This document shows, one piece after another, positions 45,484 through 53,036 of a stretch of DNA of 64,000 nucleotides (position 1 is its first letter; each line of letters begins with the position of its first letter). Position numbers and translations under genes: made by a program. The DNA is taken from positions 87,166-151,165 of the forward strand of contig CAZGOI010000001.1 of assembly GCA_964527185.1 (NCBI GenBank), read 5' to 3'. Source of the stretch: an uncultured Candidatus Saccharibacteria bacterium (GTDB lineage Bacteria; Patescibacteriota; Minisyncoccia; Phycocordibacterales; UBA9973). The notes below the pieces were generated by a model. It worked only from the letters and a program-made list of their open reading frames with translations. It was not told the origin of the DNA and made no database searches.

Positions 45484-46795
45484 GATCTAGGCTCCATAGA
45501 GTGGAGTCTTTTTTATTTATGAAAAATAAAGAACTCTCGTCTTTATTTAAGAAAAGATTTGTCGCGTCAACCGCTGTTTCATCTAAAGAATCAGCTACCT
45601 GGTTTATGACACCATCTTTTGTGTTTATTTTTATAAAATGATCATCGAAAGACACCAAACCTTGATACCAAATATCCGGATAGCCACCATTTGTCATTGA
45701 ATTTGGAACCGCGCAATAGATATTTATATTATCACTACTCCAAATACACTTTTCTGGCAAGCTGTAAATATTTAAACTCTGGTTTGTATGACTTGAGATA
45801 TTGAATAATTCCAAGGTCGAACTTATGCCATCTGAAGAATTATATAAAACAAGAGACCCATCGCCATTTGCAAGCGTTGTCAGACCATCTACCCCACCAA
45901 AAACCTTTGTCACTACGTCATTTGCACTATTTAAAACAAATAAACTTCCTTGTGTTTGGGCAGATGGTTTGGTTGTAAGAAATATTTTTCCTGTGGAAGC
46001 CCACTGTGACAGCCACTCAGAATACGACGAGTTAAATAATTGCGAAACTTTTGCATCACTAAACGATCTTGTGCTACCAACTATTCCATTTACTGTTTTT
46101 ATTAAATAGAAAAATTTTGTTTTGTCAGGCGATATGCTCAAATCCTCAATATTATTTGGCAAAAATTCACCCTTTTGTTTACCCAAGCTTGCCATATAGC
46201 TCGTTATAGTTTTGTTGTCATCTGCCAAATATCTATATATCACAGTCTGAGCTTTTCCATCCCAAGTTGCATCGTGAACGCCTGGAATAGTTGAATTTGA
46301 TATCTCACCCTCTGTTTTATTGTCTAGATACATTTCATATATATGTCCAGTCGCCCGCTCGACATACCGCAACGCTGGCACGACTTCAACTTTTGGAACT
46401 AGAGCTTTTTTAGTCGCGGCCTTTTTACCATTCACTATAGCCGTGTTGTCGACGACAGGCCCAGATTGCGCTATCGGTCGAGTTTCGTCAAAATATACTG
46501 CTCCAGCAACTGCAAAATTAGTTATCGGGTGGAATTTTGTTACAGTGGTAGAAGATGTATCTCCTGTTTGTGTTTGACCCCCAGTACTATTATTTGCATT
46601 GTTCACACTATTGCCATTAGTTTGATTTGTATTTTGAGAATTATTATTACCAAAAGGGTTGAAAGAATTGTAACCACTAGTAGAAGAATTATTATTGCTC
46701 ACACCGCCTGATTTATTAGAATAGTAATAATAAAATATTACACCCACAACGATTATAAATACTACTATAAAAATGATTAATCTTTTTTTAAACAT
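45476..46795 (-). CDS. membrane-anchored hypothetical protein with an N/S/T/Q-rich linker and a beta-rich C-terminal domain
   Basis: An N-terminal transmembrane segment (LIIFIVVFIIVVGVIFYYYY) and a low-complexity linker. It is the last gene of the T4SS-like block. Confidence 0.4.
   Translation of the reverse strand: MFKKRLIIFIVVFIIVVGVIFYYYYSNKSGGVSNNNSSTSGYNSFNPFGNNNSQNTNQTNGNSVNNANNSTGGQTQTGDTSSTTVTKFHPITNFAVAGAVYFDETRPIAQSGPVVDNTAIVNGKKAATKKALVPKVEVVPALRYVERATGHIYEMYLDNKTEGEISNSTIPGVHDATWDGKAQTVIYRYLADDNKTITSYMASLGKQKGEFLPNNIEDLSISPDKTKFFYLIKTVNGIVGSTRSFSDAKVSQLFNSSYSEWLSQWASTGKIFLTTKPSAQTQGSLFVLNSANDVVTKVFGGVDGLTTLANGDGSLVLYNSSDGISSTLELFNISSHTNQSLNIYSLPEKCIWSSDNINIYCAVPNSMTNGGYPDIWYQGLVSFDDHFIKINTKDGVINQVADSLDETAVDATNLFLNKDESSLFFINKKDSTLWSLDLK
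45489..45519 (+). terminator. rho-independent terminator after jag
   Basis: ggctccatagagtggagtc hairpin followed by ttttttattt. Confidence 0.5.
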
Positions 46796-46808
46796 AAATA
46801 ATACTTAA

Positions 46809-47963
46809 TTAAAGCGCTGAACGCAAATAATTTACAGCTTCGACACCCTCCCCAGGTCTATCATCTAATTGCCTATGACAATATATATCAGATTTTGTTA
46901 TGTTTGGAAAAATCGATTGAAGCCTTTTTATTAATTTAACCAATGAATCTTTCTGGGGTTGTGTTAATGTTTGCCAATTATTATTTTTATCAGCCCGCAA
47001 TACCATCTCTATGCCAAGTGTATTACTATTAGAAAAACCAGCTGGAGCTTTGACTGGTGTAATATCAACAGGCGTTAGGCTAACTTGATTTAAATGAGTA
47101 TAGCTAAAATGATTAGCCCTCATATTTATTCTAACGACTTGCCAAACACTCCCATCTCTATCAATAATAAAATGAGCACCATTATCATTACAAGTAGCAC
47201 TACCATTATCTGTATGATTTTTACCACACAGTGCTTTACTAGGTGTGTCTGTGTTGTGGTCTATCCATGTGTACAAAGAATCTTGGGCTCTATAACCCTC
47301 GGTTCCGTGTATAACTATGGCTTTTACATCCTGTAAACCTGGCTTTTCAACGACATTAGTTATTTTATTTACTATCCAATTATCGGTAAGCACCCCTGAA
47401 CCAGATGTTTTTCCAACCTCAACATTAAATTTATTATCTGAAGCTGTGCTCATAATTTGATTAATTTGATTGCTAGTTAATGGTACTGGACTACTTTCAG
47501 CTACATCTTGATCTATATCTACACTCACCTGATCAATCGTCAGCCCATTTTGGCCTGTTAAGTCTGGATTTATTGTATATAGCAATGCATATGCGCCGAG
47601 GGCTATGAAAAGCCCAAGTATAGCAGCAAATATTCTTCCCTTAGCTTCCGTTTTTCCAAAAACAGACTCGGTTCCCATGTACTGCACCCCGCCGATGACG
47701 ATCATTATGACAGCCAGAACCCCACAGAGGCCTATCGCTACCAAAAATATTTTATTAAAATAATCCCCTATGCTATTAGTTTGAACAGTTGTCCCGAGCC
47801 CAGGGATTGGCGCAAGTAGTGTATAGCTATTTAAATCTGTACTCGGGCTCGCTCCAGGGCTTAATGGCACAGTTTTATCTCCATCTCCAGCTAAAACAAC
47901 CAATGGCAATAATAAGATTAGAAGTATCAAGCTCGGAATTAAATTTTCTATGAATTTCTTCAT
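46809..47963 (-). CDS. T4SS-pilin-like (VirB2/TrbC-like) N-terminal module fused to an N-acetylmuramoyl-L-alanine amidase (amidase_2/PGRP) domain
   Basis: A signal peptide, then YTLLAPIPGLGTT..NSIGDYFNKIFLVAIGLCGVLAVIMIVIGGVQYM..RIFAAILGLFIALGAYALLYTINPDL (two transmembrane segments, pilin-like). The C-terminal region HGTEGYRAQDSLYTWIDH..NGAHFIIDRDG..CHRQLDD carries zinc-amidase His, His and Cys ligands. Confidence 0.5.
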   Translation of the reverse strand: MKKFIENLIPSLILLILLLPLVVLAGDGDKTVPLSPGASPSTDLNSYTLLAPIPGLGTTVQTNSIGDYFNKIFLVAIGLCGVLAVIMIVIGGVQYMGTESVFGKTEAKGRIFAAILGLFIALGAYALLYTINPDLTGQNGLTIDQVSVDIDQDVAESSPVPLTSNQINQIMSTASDNKFNVEVGKTSGSGVLTDNWIVNKITNVVEKPGLQDVKAIVIHGTEGYRAQDSLYTWIDHNTDTPSKALCGKNHTDNGSATCNDNGAHFIIDRDGSVWQVVRINMRANHFSYTHLNQVSLTPVDITPVKAPAGFSNSNTLGIEMVLRADKNNNWQTLTQPQKDSLVKLIKRLQSIFPNITKSDIYCHRQLDDRPGEGVEAVNYLRSAL

Positions 47964-47968
47964 TTTAT

Positions 47969-48964
47969 TTATAAAGACAATTTAATTTGTGCGCTGGCTG
48001 TTTGGAAAAAAGCATTTAAATTTTCTAATACTAAACTAATGGTTGCATAACCACCGCGAGAAGTCGGCTGAACAGTCAATTCGGTTTTTTTAGTCGGGGT
48101 GTCTATATCCTCGCCATTTATTTGCCATTTGTAACTAAAATCCTTTTCATTTCCAGAGATAGCTAGGAAGTAGGGTTCGGCCACAATTGTAATTTCATTT
48201 TCACTCAGAAATGTATTGTCGGTTAAAGCGTTGTTGTATAACACACCCTCGGTCGGCGATTTTTTATAGAAAAGAATTTTTGGGCTGGTTATAGGTATGC
48301 TGATTTCTTTTGTTGTGTCATAGCCGCCATTTACTGTTGAGGCATTAACCGAAATATTTTCACTTTTATTAAGCTCACTATTTGCAAATATATAAGAATC
48401 TTTATTATATCCTGAAGCATCTTGCACAGAGTTGTCGGAATTTTTCCAATTATAAACTGCGTTTACCCTCCCGCCCTTGGTTGTTGTCGGCATTGCTACA
48501 GCTTTTATGACGCCACCACTTGAGATAAACGATTTGCCTTTATAAAAAGGCGGAGTATATGAATCAACTCCTTCCCAAAATATTTCTATTTCCGATGGGT
48601 TAATTCTTATCTCCTTGGTTATTTTATCGAGCGATCCCTCTGGTGTGATTGTCGCTGTAATGTCAGAAACGACATTTGGCCCAAGGGTTTTAAACGAATA
48701 ACTGATTTTACCAATACCCGAGAGCACCACCTTGTTACCACTTTGCCAGACTATCATTGCTTTGTTTAAATCCGTAGCATAGCTTGACAGGGTTGCTGTT
48801 ACGTCCTGATACGGCTCTGGGCTATCAGGGACAGTTGCTATATCGACGTCGCTATCTTGTAGGACAACGTCAGACAACGCCATAGATATTTTAGGCAGAC
48901 AAACTATGGCCAAAATAAAAATTAGAGAAAATAAGATTTTTTTGTGAGAAGCTACCACAACCAT
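47969..48964 (-). CDS. secreted hypothetical protein
   Basis: Signal peptide (ILFSLIFILAIVCLPKISMALS) and a beta-rich sequence, located inside the T4SS-like block. Confidence 0.4.
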   Translation of the reverse strand: MVVVASHKKILFSLIFILAIVCLPKISMALSDVVLQDSDVDIATVPDSPEPYQDVTATLSSYATDLNKAMIVWQSGNKVVLSGIGKISYSFKTLGPNVVSDITATITPEGSLDKITKEIRINPSEIEIFWEGVDSYTPPFYKGKSFISSGGVIKAVAMPTTTKGGRVNAVYNWKNSDNSVQDASGYNKDSYIFANSELNKSENISVNASTVNGGYDTTKEISIPITSPKILFYKKSPTEGVLYNNALTDNTFLSENEITIVAEPYFLAISGNEKDFSYKWQINGEDIDTPTKKTELTVQPTSRGGYATISLVLENLNAFFQTASAQIKLSL

Positions 48965-48999
48965 ATTATATGATATAGAGAATATATTGCCAATTAAAA

Positions 49000-50856
49000 T
49001 TATTTCTGGGCTTGGGTTACTTGGCTACTTTCTTGTGCCACCAGGTCGTCTTTTGCTTTCTTGATTGCCAATATTTGAGATGGATCAGAGGTTATTATCT
49101 GGTCTTCGGTATATGAGGCGATAGTTTTAACTGCTACATGCTTTAACCCAGCAAAGAATATTCCCTCGCCGACATTTGCCTCGAGCAACAAATATTTTTC
49201 CTCATCGGTTAAGTTAAAAGTTTTCTGCAGGACATCGACAGTCGAAGGCGACTGCTTTAATAGTAGCTGGATAGAAGAGTTTGTAACAATCGGCACACCA
49301 TAGGGGCTGCGCATAAAGTCACCCACGTCTTGGGTGATGGTTGCAAGACCGAGGTAGTATTTGCGCCCGCGCTTGGCTATCGAATAGAGAAATGATGCCG
49401 TATCTTCTGATTTCATCATCCACCAAGCCTCGTCTACCACGAGCAATCTCTTTTTAATATTTTTTCGAATTGCGTTCCAGATATAATGCGTGACGATATA
49501 CATAGCAACTGGTTTGAGTTCGTCTTCCATGTCTCGCACTGAGAAAACAACAAATTTTCTATTGATATCGACATTCGAAGGCTGGTCGAGGAACGATGCC
49601 CACGAACCATGAGTGAATTTTGCCAAACGTTGAATCAGCGATGCGCTGCCTTCCATGCCAGCCAAGACCATTTCGAAATCAGTCAGAAGCGGTGGCTCTA
49701 TATTTCTAAAATCAGATTCAGCCGTGATGTCTTTGAGCGCATATGTTTCGGTGATCGCTCGATCGATAATAGAGTCTTCTTCTGGTGTTAGGCCGCCAAG
49801 CATAATTCTGAAAAGACCCACGAGGTTTATAGTATTTGCGCGCAAAACATCGGCTGGTGTTTCATCTGAAGCAGGGATTGGCAAGTCGAACGGGTTGATA
49901 TGGTGATCTGAAGAAAGAGAAATATTAAAATATCTGCCACCGACAGCCTCTGAAAGGTATTCGTATTCTCGCTCTGGGTCTATGACGATGACCTCGGTGT
50001 CAAACATGAGCGTGCGAATGATTTCGAGTTTTGTCGCGTAAGATTTACCGGCGCCAGAAGTTGCGAACGTTATCGAGTTGTAATTTGGAAGTGAGAATCT
50101 GTCAAATATTATAAGGCTAGAATTGTGGCGGTTGACCCCATAGAGAATCCCTTTATCTGAGGTCAGATCAAATGAAACAAATGGAAAAAGACTCGAAAGA
50201 GGCTCGGTATTTAATTTTTGATGTATTCCGAGCAAGTCTGTGTCAAGCGGAATGATGCTCTTAAACGCCTCTACTTGCTGAAAAAGCGCTGGCTTTAAGT
50301 AAATTAATTTTGACTCAAGGAGCGATTTAATCTCATTTTCAATTTTAAACAAATCTCCCTCGCTGTCTGCGTAGATAGTGATGTATAGACCAACATCAAA
50401 CATTTTTTCTTGAGCCTGCATTAGATTGTCGCGCAAATCTTCTAGATCTTTATATGCTGTATCGAGCATTGGGTCACGGACAAGACCTTTTGACTCGCGG
50501 ATAGATATCTGGCTCTGAACCTCGGCGACTTTTTTCTGAAATGATCGCAATATATCTGCGGTATCGATCGGGTGAATAAAAATAGACACATCGAAAACCT
50601 TGTCGAGGTTTATTATTGGCGAAAACCAATTGTCGGTTAGATATCTTGGGTATGATATGACAAAAAAAGTTCTAGCGATTTTGTCGCCGAGATTTAGCCC
50701 TTTTGGTGTAATCTGTAGGGCCGATGGTGCGATGATGTCTTGCAGCTCGAGCGTCGCCGCCTTGTATATCTCAGACGGAATAACTGGCATCACAAGTTTA
50801 CTTTTTGATTTATCTACCGTGCTACCACCACCAAAAATTTTTGAAAATACGCTCAT
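49000..50856 (-). CDS. VirB4/TraC/PrgJ-family type IV secretion ATPase (ATPase domain)
   Basis: Walker A TSGAGKSYAT and Walker B LLVVDEAWWMM, with the conserved C-terminal region (GLATITQDVGDF). The VirB4 N-terminal domain is missing from this ORF. Confidence 0.75.
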   Translation of the reverse strand: MSVFSKIFGGGSTVDKSKSKLVMPVIPSEIYKAATLELQDIIAPSALQITPKGLNLGDKIARTFFVISYPRYLTDNWFSPIINLDKVFDVSIFIHPIDTADILRSFQKKVAEVQSQISIRESKGLVRDPMLDTAYKDLEDLRDNLMQAQEKMFDVGLYITIYADSEGDLFKIENEIKSLLESKLIYLKPALFQQVEAFKSIIPLDTDLLGIHQKLNTEPLSSLFPFVSFDLTSDKGILYGVNRHNSSLIIFDRFSLPNYNSITFATSGAGKSYATKLEIIRTLMFDTEVIVIDPEREYEYLSEAVGGRYFNISLSSDHHINPFDLPIPASDETPADVLRANTINLVGLFRIMLGGLTPEEDSIIDRAITETYALKDITAESDFRNIEPPLLTDFEMVLAGMEGSASLIQRLAKFTHGSWASFLDQPSNVDINRKFVVFSVRDMEDELKPVAMYIVTHYIWNAIRKNIKKRLLVVDEAWWMMKSEDTASFLYSIAKRGRKYYLGLATITQDVGDFMRSPYGVPIVTNSSIQLLLKQSPSTVDVLQKTFNLTDEEKYLLLEANVGEGIFFAGLKHVAVKTIASYTEDQIITSDPSQILAIKKAKDDLVAQESSQVTQAQK

Positions 50857-50859
50857 ATA

Positions 50860-51513
50860 TTATTCTAATTTTATGCCTTGGCTAATGTCGCCCGGGTTAA
50901 ATGTCTTGTAGAAAAGTTCGACAATTTCTTCAGTATTTAATTGGGTGCTGCGAATACCTAGACCTCCTAGCCCAGAAGTAATAACCCCGACACGTTGATC
51001 TAGCTGACTGCGCTTTTCTTCAAAGTCCGCCATATCCATGGATTTTTTTGTATTTGCGATCATTTGCTTTTCGGCTTTGCCGCCTAAAATCTTGTCGACC
51101 ACACCCTCAGTTGCCTTGATCGCGGTTGGGCTATACGGGACGACAACAAAAAAAGTTTTTGTCATGATATTCACTTGGTCGGTAAAAGATTTTATGAAAT
51201 CTATATACTCTCTCGTTTGGATTTTTAGCAATTTTTCATTCTGCTCTTTTTCTCGAGCTTCTAGAGTCAAGAGGTATGGCCTGATATCGAGACGGCGGGA
51301 TTGCACAACAATCTGAGTTGAAAAATCTAGCCCATTTAGAAAAGATTGAAACTGGCTGATAACAGCCTCTTGTTCCTCGCTTGATTTAAGCGACAAGTTA
51401 ATAGATGAAGCGATTAAAACAGCCCGAAGCCCGCCATCTTTGAGTACTATGACGCCATTGCGGATCTCTTTTATTGGCACAAATTCTTGCGCAGCCCGAG
51501 CGTTTAAAGCCAT
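50860..51513 (-). CDS. VirB4 N-terminal domain encoded as a separate ORF (split VirB4)
   Basis: EFVPIKEIRNGVIVLKDGGLRAVL matches the start of Gram-positive VirB4 homologues such as PrgJ and TcpF. It ends 3 nt before the ATPase ORF, in a different frame. Confidence 0.5.
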   Translation of the reverse strand: MALNARAAQEFVPIKEIRNGVIVLKDGGLRAVLIASSINLSLKSSEEQEAVISQFQSFLNGLDFSTQIVVQSRRLDIRPYLLTLEAREKEQNEKLLKIQTREYIDFIKSFTDQVNIMTKTFFVVVPYSPTAIKATEGVVDKILGGKAEKQMIANTKKSMDMADFEEKRSQLDQRVGVITSGLGGLGIRSTQLNTEEIVELFYKTFNPGDISQGIKLE

Positions 51514-51530
51514 TTAAATATTATATCACA

Positions 51531-51944
51531 CTAAATATTCTCTTTCTCTTGTATGTCTAAGCTCCAAGCCAGATCTTTGAGCGAACTTTTTGGCGCAGTA
51601 ACCGGCAAAACAGAAATTTGCCCTGCTTCGGCCTCCTCGCCTGATTTTTTATCAGATGGTTTTACTAGGCGTTGTTTCCAGACATAGAGTTTACTTGAAA
51701 TCAAGTAATTTATTCCAGCTTGCAAGTAGTAGATGAAAGGTTTGTTGTTTATCTTGTAAAAAACTAAAAGGGCGGTGAGTATGCCGACGGGGATTATGAT
51801 TAGAATTGCGATCCAAAACGGCAATAAACTATAGATAACATAGATCATACCCGCCCCACCAACCATATAGACAAATTGTCGGAAAGTGAAAGGCCCAAAG
51901 AGCTTGTCTTCGACATCGATAAACTGTGGGACTCTAAATTGCAT
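51531..51944 (-). CDS. PrgI/VirB3-like small T4SS membrane protein
   Basis: VPQFIDVEDKLFGPFTFRQFVYMVGGAGMIYVIYSLLPFWIAILIIIPVGI has the typical PrgI N-terminal motif and two transmembrane segments. It lies immediately upstream of VirB4. Confidence 0.5.
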   Translation of the reverse strand: MQFRVPQFIDVEDKLFGPFTFRQFVYMVGGAGMIYVIYSLLPFWIAILIIIPVGILTALLVFYKINNKPFIYYLQAGINYLISSKLYVWKQRLVKPSDKKSGEEAEAGQISVLPVTAPKSSLKDLAWSLDIQEKENI

Positions 51945-51962
51945 AATATTATTCTAACACAA

Positions 51963-53024
51963 CTATTCTATAGATTCCCTGTATGGGTCGCTTGATTTTG
52001 GGGTCTGTGTTGCAGCGGGCGGAGGAGTTGCCGGCGCGGTAGGAGAACTGACTTTTGGAGTTGAATGGTCGCTCGCAACTTGCTTGCTTGCCGTCGGCGC
52101 AGTCAACTTGCTCTTTATTATGTCGTGCATTAGATCGCCTGAATCTTCTTTACCATCATCAACCATTTCAATTCCTGTCTGTTTATAAATATTTTGTTCT
52201 AGTGTTGTTGGCGCCGGTGCAGATCTTACCCCAACTTCTTCTTTTTGAGGCATAGGGGTAACTACAGTAGCAGGCTTAATTTCGCCACCACTCATGTTCT
52301 GCAGATACGGAGGAATCGGGACTTCATCTTCATGTGCACTGCTCTTGGTTCCATCTCTATTACCCCAGTGAGTTTTTAAAATCTCCCTAATATTTTTCAA
52401 AATATTCTCATTTACTGAATCAACCAACTCGTTTACAGTTTCATCGGGCAAAGAAATTTTTGCCTTAAGTTCCGTCACGTATTTATCTGGGTGAATTATT
52501 CCAAGCAAGACTTTATTTGTCACCTCCTCAAAGACACCCATCTGCTCTATGGAAATTTTTTTACTCTCGGCGATATTGTACAGTTTCGACTGGTAGTTAG
52601 ATTCTACTATTGCATCTTGGACTTCTTTCGGTAATTTTGAAAATCTTTCATCTAGTTTATTTACATCTCCGTATTTTTCTTCTATCAAGTTCTGAACATT
52701 TGAAACAAATGTTTTCTCTAGATCTGGCCTAATATTTTTTAATATATTTTCATTTATCTCAACTACTATTTTATCAACAACATCTTTTGGCATATTCAAC
52801 TCACTAATCAAATTAGATTCATAATCTTCTGGGTGAACGATACCAAGAAGAACCAAGGTTGTTTCTGTGCCAAGATTTTCTATTTGTGTATCTTTCAAGC
52901 CATATCGCACACCTATACTTCGTAAAGTTTCCAGCCAAGACATACTTGAAAATGCCTGTTGAACGCTGCTCGGAAGTTTTGAATAATATAAAGCTATTTG
53001 TTGTTGTAATTGTGTTTTATCCAT
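51963..53024 (-). CDS. hypothetical protein with an internal tandem duplication of a ~55-aa domain and a Pro/Thr/Ala-rich C-terminus
   Basis: Repeat 1 is GTETTLVLLGIVHPEDYESNLISELNMPKDVVDKIVVEINENILKNIRPDL. Repeat 2 is GVFEEVTNKVLLGIIHPDKYVTELKAKISLPDETVNELVDSVNENILKNIREIL. Confidence 0.4.
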   Translation of the reverse strand: MDKTQLQQQIALYYSKLPSSVQQAFSSMSWLETLRSIGVRYGLKDTQIENLGTETTLVLLGIVHPEDYESNLISELNMPKDVVDKIVVEINENILKNIRPDLEKTFVSNVQNLIEEKYGDVNKLDERFSKLPKEVQDAIVESNYQSKLYNIAESKKISIEQMGVFEEVTNKVLLGIIHPDKYVTELKAKISLPDETVNELVDSVNENILKNIREILKTHWGNRDGTKSSAHEDEVPIPPYLQNMSGGEIKPATVVTPMPQKEEVGVRSAPAPTTLEQNIYKQTGIEMVDDGKEDSGDLMHDIIKSKLTAPTASKQVASDHSTPKVSSPTAPATPPPAATQTPKSSDPYRESIE

Positions 53025-53036
53025 AATAATTATTTT

